From assembly GCA_040954595.2 (NCBI GenBank), contig CM082587.2, positions 10,359,403 through 10,423,402 on the forward strand: DNA of 64,000 bases, given 5' to 3'. A program made the position numbers and the translations under genes. How positions within the stretch are numbered: position 1 is the first letter of the stretch; each line of letters opens with the position of its first letter. Shown here piece by piece: positions 51,961-62,688 of this stretch. Under the pieces are notes generated by a model. It did no database searches, was not told where the DNA came from, and saw only the letters and a list, made by a program, of their open reading frames with translations. Source of the stretch: Balanoglossus misakiensis (Eukaryota > Animalia > Hemichordata).

Positions 51961-52567
51961 AAATTAATTATTCGATGTGGACAAGGACACTGTTCTGTAT
52001 GGGTTATTTTGAATGATGTATGTGTATTTTTATACTGACATGTTTGTGACTTACATACACGTGCTTGCACATTTTTCTGTTGTGATTTATCTGAGGGAAA
52101 TAATGAATGAGTACTAATATTTTTGTCTATTCTGTTAACAGATTTCGCTGAACAGATATATCTCAGTCTCAAGGTGAGTGTTTGATGTTGTTTTTGACCA
52201 TGACCTTAAAGGATGAAGCGTGTGGTTTTGAGCTGTTTTCTGGAATATTGTGTGATATTAAAAGTTGTTTGACACTTTAAAAATGCTGGAAATACTGGTG
52301 AAATGATGTGCCATGATTGGTGTTTATTTGAAGGTGTATTGTTATTTAAATGAGGAAGGCATTCCTGTGTTCATCAATTTTATTTGATTCACTTTGATTT
52401 GAATGTGTAGACATGGTTGATTAAAGTAATACAAGTGTGGTTTTGTCTGTTGTGAAATAATATTTATCTGTTGAGGGCTGGCTATGAAAGTGACATGTGT
52501 CATTGTTTGTTCACTGAGAGTTTTGTTGATTAATAATCGTATTTGTAGCTATGTATAATATTGTTAA

Positions 52568-52914
52568 AGGGACAAAGTCTGTCTGTCGCTGCCCTTTTTC
52601 CGTTAATTATATTTGATACAAGACATCGTTTGTGTTATTTTATATGTGAATATAAAGAGAATCAACGTTTGACCACACACTACGTCCATCCCACTTGTAG
52701 ACACGGTAGTGAAAAATTCACCAAAATGAATAATCAGTGTTTACCATTTATTCATTTTGGCGAGATTTTGACTCTGATATCCTACAAACAGGATGGAAGT
52801 TGTGTGTGGTTGAACGTTGATTCACTATATATCCACACGTAAAATAACATAAACGGTGTCTTGTATCAAACATAATTGATGGAAAAAGGGCAGCGTGAGA
52901 GAGACTTTGTCTCT
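52568..52914. mobile_element. Kolobok-like MITE
   Basis: TTAA TSD (52564-52567, 52915-52918); TIR AG(G/A)GACAAAGTCT. Confidence 0.82.
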
Positions 52915-53716
52915 TTAACATACATGGAAATTTGAAGGGCATTTTCAACTAAATCTGAAAAGCTTTGTTGTGTAAGTTTCACACTTTGTGGAGATTTTGT
53001 GTATGTTTTGTTGAATCACTGTATGATATACATTTTTTTCTAATAAGGTTATTTGGTTTGTTTTCCAGTTTTTGGTGACAGAACATATTTGACGGTAAGT
53101 GTTATAGATATAGCAGATGATTTCAAGTGCGTTGCAGTTTGTAGAGGTGTGGTCAACATAGCTGGTTGAGAATTTATGCACTGCATGTGTGGTTGTGTAC
53201 CAGGATTAGTGATCCTATCCTGGGTCATGGTTGGAATTAAAAATGTTGTGTAGCAGCTGTAATGATAATGCTTATAATATATTTATTGCTCTTAAAGGCC
53301 TCCGGCCCATATTGCAGCTTTAAATTACAAATACAAAAATATATATATACATCACGGGAGTGAGTACTTTACATGGTAATAAAAAATTCTTCTCTCAGTT
53401 TATACGCCTTATGTACAAATAGTGCCAGCTTGAAAATGATAATGCCTGAGTTATGGTGTAGTTTGATGTACACGAACAGTACAGAAATGTGATGAGCATA
53501 GCTGCTATTCAACATGTATATTTCACCTATGTACCAGTATTATTGATCCTATTTGTGGACAGGCCTGTATTATTTCAATTGCATGGTGGAAAAAACATGA
53601 GGACAAGTAATGCAGACACTAAAATGGGGAAGGCACTGCAAAATGTGGACAGTTGGATCAACAATGAGTTGTTAATTTCTGTTTGGTGATGGTAATCATG
53701 TTGAAATATTTTTCAG

Positions 53717-56700
53717 ATGCCTCGTAAGAAGAACTGGAAGAAGAGTGATGTGCTGAAGAAGCGGTTGGGTTTGGGTCGTGTCCCACCAACCAGTGGAATT
53801 GTCACTCAGGGCCAATCTGTCCTGTTTGACCAAAATGACACTGTTACAGTGGATAATGAATCTGGAAATTATGTCCCTCGGGACCTTATGAACTTGGATA
53901 ATAAATCTGGAAATGATGTCCTTCGGGACGCTAAGAACTTGCAAAATGAATCTGATAATGAAGTCCTTCGGGACCATGATAACTTGCGAAATGAATCATA
54001 TGGTGTCCTTCGGGATCTAGATAACTTGCAAAATAACTCTTATGGTGTCCTTCGGGATCTAGATGACTTGCGAAATGAATCTGATGGTGTCCTTCGGGAT
54101 CTAAATGACGGGCAAAATGAATCTGATAATGCTCTCCTTCAGGGTCATGGTGAACATGGAGATTTTGAGGACGTAAGTAACACTATGGCATGTGATGTTG
54201 CACATGATAAAGGTGATCAAGGAGGAATTACTGTTGAGCATGAAGTTGAGGAGACTTATGTGATGGAAGAAGTTGATAATGTGAACATAGCAAGAGTTAC
54301 AGAAACAGAGTGTGTTGGAAATGATTCACAAGATGGTGGTACCGAAACCAGTGAATATTTATTTTGTCCAATTACGTCTGTGATACAGCGTGAGTTATGT
54401 GACAAACTTCACTTACATAATGAAAATAATAATGAGTCTGTAAATGTAATTGAGGGTGTCGAAGCTGGTGAACCCTGTAAAATAAAGTCAATTGTTGGTG
54501 ATGGTAACTGTTTGTTTCGGGCGTTGTCATATGCTGTAAGTGGAAGTGAGAGAAATCACAGAGTGATGCGAAAAGCCATTGTTAATCACTTGAAAGTCAA
54601 TGAGAATGCATATTTAGATTTCATAAAGGCAATGGGATATACATCAGTTGCAGACTACATTGGAAAATCTAGAATGGATTGCCTTAACATTTGGGGTTCC
54701 GAAGTTGAAATCTTTGCCGGAGCAAACTTGTTGAATACTGACATATATGTCCATACCATTGGCAGATGGTGGAAACATCCTTGCACTCAATTTAATGAGA
54801 GGAATTGCAGTCGAGGTGATGGTATCTATATTTATCATCTGAATCAAAATCATTTTGATGTTGTTGAGTGTGTCGAAACACCTAACTTGGAAACCTGTCA
54901 CTGCACACATACTGATTGTGATGTACTAGTGTCTGGTGTAAATGTGATTGACAACTGCAAATCTGTTACAAGTAGTGAGATATCTTCTTCACAAAGGAAA
55001 TGTCCAAATAAAGAAATTGTGAAGGACAATTTGAATGCACAGGGGATTGGAACAGGAGTTAAGAGGAAAAGGCCCATTAGTACACGGCTTGGAAAGAAAC
55101 TGAGAAGAGTGAAATATCAACAGAAAGAAAGTATGGTAACTGCAGCTAGTGCAAATGGTAAAACAAAGAGCAGTAGAGCTGATAGAAAGCGTGTGTTGTA
55201 TCATAGTAATTGTGAACTCAGAGAGCAACTGAAATTGAAAAGTAAAAAAAGGTACCATGAAGATATAACATACAGAGAGGTTAAGAAACAGAAATTTTCA
55301 CAGAAGTACCAGCATGACGCATTGTTTCGTGAGGCAAAGAAGGTGAAATTGTCAGAGAAATACCGGCATGATAGTTTGTTTCGTGAAGCAAAGAAGGTGA
55401 AATTTTCACAGAAGTACAAGGATGACGCATTGTATCGTGAGGCAAAGAAGGTGAAATTGTCAGAGAAATACCGGCATGATAGTTTGTTTCGTGAAGCAAA
55501 GAAGGTGAAATTTTCACAGAAGTACCAGCATGACGCATTGTTTCGTGAGGCAAAGAAGGTGAAATTGTCAGAGAAGTACCGGCATGATAGTTTGTTTCGT
55601 GAAGCAAAGAAGGTGAAATTTTCACAGAAGTACCAGCATGACGCATTGTTTCGTGAGGCAAAGAAGGTGAAATTGTCAGAGAAATACCGGCATGATAGTT
55701 TGTTTCGTGAAGCAAAGAAGGTGAAATTTTCACAGAAGTACAAGGATGACGCATTGTATCGTGAGGCAAAGAAGGTGAAATTGTCAGAGAAATACCGGCA
55801 TGATAGTTTGTTTCGTGAAGCAAAGAAGGTGAAATTTTCACAGAAGTACCAGCATGACGCATTGTTTCGTGAGGCAAAGAAGGTGAAATTGTCAGAGAAA
55901 TACCGGCATGATAGTTTGTTTCGTGAAGCAAAGAAGGTGAAATTTTCACAGAAGTACAAGGATGACGCATTGTATCGTGAAGCAAAGAAGGTGAAATTGT
56001 CAGAGAAATACCGGCATGACAGTTTATTCCGTGAAGCAAAGAAGGCGAAATTGTTCGAGAAGTACCGGCATGACACATTGTATCGTGAAACAAAGAAGGT
56101 GAAATTTACAGAGAAATATGAGCATGACGAATTGTTTCGTAAATCTGAGAAAACAAGATTTTCACACAAATATCAGCATGATGAAGGATTTCGTGACAAG
56201 AAAAAATCAGAATTTTGTGAACAATATAAGAAAGTTCCCCTGCTCAAAGAAAATCAGCAGAGACAGTGTTCACAGAGGTACAAAGAAAACCCTGACTATA
56301 GAGACAGAGTATTGGAAAGAACAAGAAGAGAGAGAGAACAGAACAAAATTCAAAAGGGAAATTTAGATAATGTTGTTGCTGCTTTCCGAAATCAGGTATC
56401 AAATGGTCCTGACTGTGTGTGTTCTGTTTGCCATAGGCGACTTTTCAGAAAGCAAGTAATTCTTTGCAAAAGAGAAAAGTATGCAAGTAAAACAGCATCA
56501 TGTGATATTGCTGAGAATTGCATTACAGAAGATTATGTACATAGATGTAGTTTACTATGTCCTGTTGAGTGCCCACTTGAGAATAGTGCAGCAAGTAAGG
56601 TGTGGATTTGTTACACATGTGACACAAAACTGATGCGTGGAAAGATGCCAGTTCAAGCTGTTGCAAACAATCTGCATGTAAACCCAATTCCTCTTGAATT

Positions 56701-59700
56701 GGAATGCCTGAATTCTCTAGAGCAACATCTGATTGCACTGCATATTCCTTTCATGAAAATGATGGCACTCCCGAAAGGTGGGCAGAATGGTGTTCATGGA
56801 CCTGTTGTATGTGTCCCATCAAATATAGAGAAAGCGACAAGTATTTTACCACGCGGTGAATTGGATGATCAAATGATAAAGGTGAAGTTGAAACGAAAAT
56901 TAACTTACAAAGGTTGCTATCAGTATCAGTTTGTTACAAAAAGCCACATTCAAAATGCATTGGATTACTTACAGAGAAATAACAAGTGGTATAGTGATGT
57001 GAAATTCAATGTGGATTGGGAAAACAGTCTTGAAAAAACAAAAGATGAACCTTCAGATGTCAAAGACATTGATGATGTGTCATCGGATACAGAAGATGAA
57101 AATGACACTGGGAAAGATACGAATGGAATATTCATGGACACATGCTTTCAGCCAGTCAATATAGCTCAAGATATTCTTGATTATCACTTTGATGCTATAA
57201 TCTCTGTTGCTCCTGCAGAAGGTAATGCACCTGTTAGTGTTATGATGGAGAAATACAATGAAGCAAAGTGTTTTCCAGTGTTATTTCCAACTGGGTCACC
57301 AACATTTCATGATGACAGAGAAATTAAAATTACTATAGGTCGATACTTGCAAAGTCGTTTGATGAATGCAAGCAATAGGTTTGCACAAAATACAGACTAC
57401 ATATTTTATGCGCAGTATTTGTCAGAAATTGAGCAGGTTGTATCTAATGTGTCTATTGCATTGAGAAAAGGAACTGCACATGCTTGTGGGAAAAAAGTAA
57501 CATCTGATGTTTTGACTGACAGAGAATCTTTGCAAGAGATTTTGAAGTGTGATGAAGGTTACAAGTTTTTGAAACCAATCAGAGGGACACCCCCTTACTG
57601 GCAAGCTACACAGAAAGATTTGTTTGCGATGATCAGACAGCTAGGTATACCAACATGGTTCTGTTCATTTTCGTCTGCTGATTTGCGATGGAAAGAACAC
57701 ATTGAGACACTGCTTCGTGGGGAAGGTGATACACGTAATGCAGAGGATCTTGATTGGTCTGAGAAATGTGGTATTTTGAAGAGAAACCCAGTAACAGCTG
57801 CAAGAATGTTCGATCATAGATTTCAATGTTTTCTCAAAGATGTCATTATGTCACCGGCCAATCCTATTGGGAAAATCAAAGATTACTTTTATCGAGTAGA
57901 ATTCCAACAACGTGGTTCACCCCACACTCACTGCTTATTTTGGGTTGAAGATGCACCCAGAGTAGACAAGGATTCTGATGATGAAGTGGTTGATTTTGTT
58001 GACAGTTATGTTACGTGTGAAATGCCATCATCTGACAATGATGAAGAATTACATGACATTGTGAAGTCAGTTCAGAAACACAGCACACGCCATTCAAAAT
58101 CTTGCAAGAAGAAAAATACTAAATGTAGATTTAATTTTCCACGGCCACCATCACAACAAACATTTGTATGCCGCCCTGTTGACAGTGTAGTGAATAAAAT
58201 ACCAGAGGACCTAGACAACGCAGAGAGTTGCGAAGCATTTGAAATTGCCGTTTCACAGTTGATTGTTTCACCAGTGGAGCAAAAGATGGCTACAGAACTT
58301 CTAGAGAAAGTTTTGGTGGCAATGAATGACAAGGAGAAAGAGTATGATACCATAGATGACTTATTTGAGGAAGTTGGTATATCCCAAGAAGCCTATGAGA
58401 GAGCACATTCAATTGTTTCCAAAAAGACAAGTATAGTTATGAAACGGCAGCCGAACGATGTATGGGTAAACCAATACAATCCTTGTCTTTTGCGTTGTTG
58501 GAATGCAAATATGGATATCCAGTTTGTTGTTGATGCATATGCATGTGTTGTGTATATTGTATCATACATTTCTAAGGCAGAAAGAGAAATGGGTTTACTT
58601 CTTGAACATGCTCAGAAAGAGGCTAACAAAGAGGGAAATATGGATGCTAAATCTGCATTGAGACAGTTAGGAAGTGTTTATCTTCACAACAGAGAAGTAA
58701 GTGCTCAGGAGGCTGTATATAGAGTGTGTGGATTGAAACTGAAGCAATCATCTCGAAAAGTCCAGTTCATTCCAACTGGAGAAAATCCTATCAAAATGAG
58801 TTTACCATTTGCTGCAATAAAAAACAAAATGAAGGGAAATGAGGTCGATGAAGAAAGCATCTGGATGCATAGTATCGTTGACAGATACAAGAACAGACCA
58901 AATGGGATAGATTTTAATAGCATGTGTCTTGCTACATTTTGCTCAGAATACAGAATAGTTTCAAAATCAGAAGTTGTGAATGTCAATGATGAGAAACGAC
59001 ACAGTCCACTAGTCAAGTTACAAAATAATACTGGCTATATGCAAAAGAGATCACGAACTGAACCAGCTGTCATCAGATATGCAAGATTCTCAGTGACAAA
59101 ATATCCAGAGAAGTATTATCGTAGTATCTTGGAACTCTTTCTACCATACCGGGTTGATGCACAACTGAAACCTAGTGGTTATGAATCCTACGAGGATTTC
59201 TATCGTGTTGGTGCTGTAAAATGTGGATCTGAATCTGTAGAAAAAGTGAAAGACATAGTGGAAAGAAACAAAGCACTGTATGAAAAAGAGGCTGATGCTG
59301 TTGATATGGCTGAAGAATTCCTTGGTGGGAATAATGAACCACTGCAAGATGCATGGGCACAAATCTGCCCAGAAAATGAATTAGACAGATTAGAATGTAT
59401 TGAGGAAGGCAAAAAATGCAATGACGATAATGATGGAGATGAAGCGGATGATATTCCAGAGTTGGTGGTAAAAGTGCAAGGTGATTGCAGTGTGGAGGTC
59501 TCTACTTCAGTAGCAAGAGCAGAGATTGCAGCAATGTGCAGATCATTGAACAAAAAACAGACAGAAATCTTCTATAGTGTCAGACAGTGGTGCTTGGATA
59601 AAAGCAATGGGGAGAATCCAGAGCCTTTTTATTTATTTGTGAGTGGTGGTGCTGGCACTGGGAAAAGCCATTTGATCAAGACGTTGCATCATGAAGCCAA

Positions 59701-61624
59701 ACGAATTCTAGCTCGTGTATTGCCAAACCCAGATGAAATGTCTGTAATGCTCACAGCTCCAACGGGTGTAGCTGCATTTAATATACAAGGAGAAACACTG
59801 CATCATGCATTTTCAATAGCAGTTGACTCAAAGCTGCCATATCAACCACTGCATGAAGAAAAGATCAACAGTCTGCGTTCAAAACTTGGAAATGTGGAAA
59901 TTTTAATAATAGATGAAATTTCTATGGTGGATAAGAAGTTATTGCACTACGTTCATGGAAGATTAAGACAACTCAAACAACGCTCAAGTCAGGCACCATT
60001 TGGAAATGTAAGTGTCATTGCTGTTGGTGATTTTTACCAACTTCCACCTGTGAAAGGAAGTCCACTATGCATAGACAATGATGTAATTAGTTTGTGGAGT
60101 GATAATTTCAAGATTGTTGAGCTTACTGAAATAATGAGGCAGAAGGATAGTGGATTTGCAGAAGCACTGAATCACATAAGACTTCACAAGAAGGGAGAGA
60201 CACTGGAAGCAAATGACTTGGAAATGTTTCAGAAATGTGTCACTGGTGAATCCTCTGAGGCAATTCACATTTTTGGTACAAATGCAGAAGTAAATAAATG
60301 CAATGTTACAATGCTTCATTCTGTATGTTCTGATCCTGTGTGTATTGAAGCAGAAGATTTCATCAAAAATGCTACGACTGGGAAATTAGAAAGAAAGGAA
60401 GGTCATCACGCAAAAGTCTACAGAACAATGTTGCCTAAAAGTGTAACTCTAGCCGTTAATGCACGAGTTCAATTGACACAAAATATAGATGTTTCTGATG
60501 GGTTAGTGAATGGTGTATTTGGAACAGTATGCCATATCGAAGTGAAGGAATCTGGGACTTTCCCAACGGCTGTTTATGTGGTGTTTGATAATGTAAGTGT
60601 TGGGCAAAAGTTGCGCAGGAAAACACCTAATGTAGTTCAGTTACCAGAAAGGAGCACACGTATTGAACCTCAGGAATTGTCTGTTGCAATTAATGGTGGT
60701 ATTAGGAGACAGTTTCCTCTGAAACTAGCATGGGCATGTACAGTGCACAAGGTACAAGGATTGACAGTTGATAAAGCTGTTGTTAGTTTAAAGAAGATGT
60801 TTGCACCAGGACAGGCATATGTTGCGTTGAGTCGAGTGACATCATTGGAAGGTCTTGTCATTGATGAATTTGAAACATCTTCTATTTATTGCAATCCAAA
60901 GATACAGGCTGCTTTGGCAGAAATGCCACAGTTTCTTGATACATGTGAAACAAAGTTGCAGACAAGTCATGCTTGCACTTTCATAATGCATAATATTGAG
61001 GGTGTTCAAAACCACATTGAAGATCTTCGTATTGGTGCTGAATATTTGGAGTCAGACTTCATTTGTTTGACAGAAACATGGCTATCAGAGACAACATTAG
61101 AATCTGATATAGAAGTCAGTGGTTTTGTATTTAGTCACAAACCTCGAAGTTCATCCTATAATCAATTTAATAACAATACTGCAACTTTGCAATCGCAACA
61201 TAGGGGTGGTGTTGGAGTGTACTGTACTATTCCCAGAACCGTTGAAATTTTGCATCTACCTGTTGTTAACCTAGAATATATGGCATTTTATGTTGAAGAC
61301 ATCAATGTCACAGTAGCAGTAGTTTACAGACCACCATCATACAAAATGGAGACATTCAAGAAGAGCTTGCTTCTCTTAGTGAGTGAAATGGGTAAACGCC
61401 ACGGTGGGACAGTGATCATGGGTGATTTCAATGAGAACATATTCACATCGTCATCTCTTGTAGATTTAATGCAATGCTGTGGTTTCAAGCAGTGTGTTAA
61501 TACAGCAACCACAGAAGCGGGTACATTGATTGACCATGTGTATGTGAAAGGCATAGAAAATGTCACAGTAGAGATTGTACCCAAATACTTCAGTTTTCAT
61601 GAAGCCATACGCATTCAGATTTGA
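53717..61624 (+). CDS. Helentron RepHel polyprotein: OTU protease, 18-aa repeats, Zn finger, HUH Rep, Pif1 helicase, AP endonuclease (2635 aa, intact)
   Basis: GDGNCLFRA..WGSEVEI..NHFD (OTU); YRVEFQQRGSPHTH and YIVSYISK (Rep); GGAGTGKS, DEISMV, GDFYQLPPV, TVHKVQG, GQAYVALSR (Pif1); LTETWL, VYRPP, GDFN, LIDHVY (EN). A splice acceptor TTTTTCAG precedes the ATG. Confidence 0.95.
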   Translation: MPRKKNWKKSDVLKKRLGLGRVPPTSGIVTQGQSVLFDQNDTVTVDNESGNYVPRDLMNLDNKSGNDVLRDAKNLQNESDNEVLRDHDNLRNESYGVLRDLDNLQNNSYGVLRDLDDLRNESDGVLRDLNDGQNESDNALLQGHGEHGDFEDVSNTMACDVAHDKGDQGGITVEHEVEETYVMEEVDNVNIARVTETECVGNDSQDGGTETSEYLFCPITSVIQRELCDKLHLHNENNNESVNVIEGVEAGEPCKIKSIVGDGNCLFRALSYAVSGSERNHRVMRKAIVNHLKVNENAYLDFIKAMGYTSVADYIGKSRMDCLNIWGSEVEIFAGANLLNTDIYVHTIGRWWKHPCTQFNERNCSRGDGIYIYHLNQNHFDVVECVETPNLETCHCTHTDCDVLVSGVNVIDNCKSVTSSEISSSQRKCPNKEIVKDNLNAQGIGTGVKRKRPISTRLGKKLRRVKYQQKESMVTAASANGKTKSSRADRKRVLYHSNCELREQLKLKSKKRYHEDITYREVKKQKFSQKYQHDALFREAKKVKLSEKYRHDSLFREAKKVKFSQKYKDDALYREAKKVKLSEKYRHDSLFREAKKVKFSQKYQHDALFREAKKVKLSEKYRHDSLFREAKKVKFSQKYQHDALFREAKKVKLSEKYRHDSLFREAKKVKFSQKYKDDALYREAKKVKLSEKYRHDSLFREAKKVKFSQKYQHDALFREAKKVKLSEKYRHDSLFREAKKVKFSQKYKDDALYREAKKVKLSEKYRHDSLFREAKKAKLFEKYRHDTLYRETKKVKFTEKYEHDELFRKSEKTRFSHKYQHDEGFRDKKKSEFCEQYKKVPLLKENQQRQCSQRYKENPDYRDRVLERTRREREQNKIQKGNLDNVVAAFRNQVSNGPDCVCSVCHRRLFRKQVILCKREKYASKTASCDIAENCITEDYVHRCSLLCPVECPLENSAASKVWICYTCDTKLMRGKMPVQAVANNLHVNPIPLELECLNSLEQHLIALHIPFMKMMALPKGGQNGVHGPVVCVPSNIEKATSILPRGELDDQMIKVKLKRKLTYKGCYQYQFVTKSHIQNALDYLQRNNKWYSDVKFNVDWENSLEKTKDEPSDVKDIDDVSSDTEDENDTGKDTNGIFMDTCFQPVNIAQDILDYHFDAIISVAPAEGNAPVSVMMEKYNEAKCFPVLFPTGSPTFHDDREIKITIGRYLQSRLMNASNRFAQNTDYIFYAQYLSEIEQVVSNVSIALRKGTAHACGKKVTSDVLTDRESLQEILKCDEGYKFLKPIRGTPPYWQATQKDLFAMIRQLGIPTWFCSFSSADLRWKEHIETLLRGEGDTRNAEDLDWSEKCGILKRNPVTAARMFDHRFQCFLKDVIMSPANPIGKIKDYFYRVEFQQRGSPHTHCLFWVEDAPRVDKDSDDEVVDFVDSYVTCEMPSSDNDEELHDIVKSVQKHSTRHSKSCKKKNTKCRFNFPRPPSQQTFVCRPVDSVVNKIPEDLDNAESCEAFEIAVSQLIVSPVEQKMATELLEKVLVAMNDKEKEYDTIDDLFEEVGISQEAYERAHSIVSKKTSIVMKRQPNDVWVNQYNPCLLRCWNANMDIQFVVDAYACVVYIVSYISKAEREMGLLLEHAQKEANKEGNMDAKSALRQLGSVYLHNREVSAQEAVYRVCGLKLKQSSRKVQFIPTGENPIKMSLPFAAIKNKMKGNEVDEESIWMHSIVDRYKNRPNGIDFNSMCLATFCSEYRIVSKSEVVNVNDEKRHSPLVKLQNNTGYMQKRSRTEPAVIRYARFSVTKYPEKYYRSILELFLPYRVDAQLKPSGYESYEDFYRVGAVKCGSESVEKVKDIVERNKALYEKEADAVDMAEEFLGGNNEPLQDAWAQICPENELDRLECIEEGKKCNDDNDGDEADDIPELVVKVQGDCSVEVSTSVARAEIAAMCRSLNKKQTEIFYSVRQWCLDKSNGENPEPFYLFVSGGAGTGKSHLIKTLHHEAKRILARVLPNPDEMSVMLTAPTGVAAFNIQGETLHHAFSIAVDSKLPYQPLHEEKINSLRSKLGNVEILIIDEISMVDKKLLHYVHGRLRQLKQRSSQAPFGNVSVIAVGDFYQLPPVKGSPLCIDNDVISLWSDNFKIVELTEIMRQKDSGFAEALNHIRLHKKGETLEANDLEMFQKCVTGESSEAIHIFGTNAEVNKCNVTMLHSVCSDPVCIEAEDFIKNATTGKLERKEGHHAKVYRTMLPKSVTLAVNARVQLTQNIDVSDGLVNGVFGTVCHIEVKESGTFPTAVYVVFDNVSVGQKLRRKTPNVVQLPERSTRIEPQELSVAINGGIRRQFPLKLAWACTVHKVQGLTVDKAVVSLKKMFAPGQAYVALSRVTSLEGLVIDEFETSSIYCNPKIQAALAEMPQFLDTCETKLQTSHACTFIMHNIEGVQNHIEDLRIGAEYLESDFICLTETWLSETTLESDIEVSGFVFSHKPRSSSYNQFNNNTATLQSQHRGGVGVYCTIPRTVEILHLPVVNLEYMAFYVEDINVTVAVVYRPPSYKMETFKKSLLLLVSEMGKRHGGTVIMGDFNENIFTSSSLVDLMQCCGFKQCVNTATTEAGTLIDHVYVKGIENVTVEIVPKYFSFHEAIRIQI
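53850..54140 (+). repeat. Coding tandem repeat, about 42 bp (14 aa)
   Basis: AATGAATCT..GTCCTTCGGGA units; NES..VLRDL.NL. Confidence 0.8.
55271..56220 (+). repeat. Coding 54-bp (18-aa) tandem array with higher-order 108-bp structure
   Basis: About 17 units of (F/Y)REAKKVK(L/F)S(E/Q)KY..D.L. Confidence 0.95.
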
Positions 61625-61960
61625 ATATTGACACTAACATTGAGACAAACGTGATATACAGCAAAATAATTTCACAGAATCAACCCGTCCTGAGTATAAC
61701 AATTGTGTGGCAATCTAATGGTGACGGGGCCACATTTTTTGTGTTTTAATTCTTCTCTAATTAATGCCAGCTGTAAAGATATGCTCTGTCTTTACCATGG
61801 TCAGGTCTGTGTCGTTGTTTACTCCTGTTCACATGTCAGGAGTAAACAAGAATGAGGAAGACCTGACAAGCATAAAGACAAAGAGCCTGTACAGGTGATA
61901 TTAATCAGAGTCTTAATTGGGAGGGGGGGGGGGGGGGGGGGTTGTAGGTCCTGTAGGATA

Positions 61961-62128
61961 AGGGGACAAAGTCGCCGTTTATGATTTTAGGGGGGGGGGG
62001 TATTTTGTTTGATAGGAGAAGTAGTTTTTGTTGTGTGATTTCCATACAGACTAGAAAATACCGAGTATGTTTATGCTGCAATTCTATGTAATTGTGTGCA
62101 TAATAGGTCAAACAGTGACTTTGTCCCT
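61961..62128. mobile_element. Short Kolobok-like MITE remnant
   Basis: GGGACAAAGTC / GACTTTGTCCC inverted ends shared with the 52568 family. Confidence 0.5.
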
Positions 62129-62688
62129 TTAAAATAACACTAATTACAACTGAGTGTATTACTGTCATTGTCTTCATTGTTTATATTTTTGTGTTTGTTC
62201 TGTAAAGTTTCTTATTCTAATCTATAAAACATATTGATTGTAATCACATCATATGTGTCAGTAACTTTCCCCTTTAAGAGAGTCCTGTCAATTTCTTCAT
62301 GTTGCTTACACACACTTATCAGTGATTGTCATTGGTATGCTTGAGGTTTACTAATCAACTGTTTAATGAATTGAAATGTATTTATGTATAAGGCCAATGT
62401 ATTTATGAGATATTAATATGTGTTGAAGTGTATATATAGGTGTTTTTTGTAAAAAAAAAAAAATACAATTCTTGGGGGGGGGCAATATTTGTCGAAACAT
62501 AATGTTTATATTTGAGACAATATATTGTTTTTCTTCAATTGGCATATGTGAGAGTTTCTGTGAATTACTGCATGAAATGTGAAATGTGCTTTTCGGTAAG
62601 TGATATTCAATGAGGGAATATTTCTCTTCCAATAGCTATTGGAAATTGCATATTGAATGCCATCACGTGATTAGTCTTACAGTTATTA

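Larger units (their letters stand above)
51167..61624 (+). mobile_element. Autonomous Helentron (Helitron2-type); right end not identified in the window
   Basis: 5' end shared with the HINE copies (AAATATAGCTGCCAAGCAGC..GGGCCCAAGCC), followed by a RepHel-EN ORF. Confidence 0.8.

Noticed and set aside
55201-56169. Long antisense ORFs (322 and 270 aa)
   Set aside because: Shadows of the 54-bp coding repeat of the Helentron ORF.
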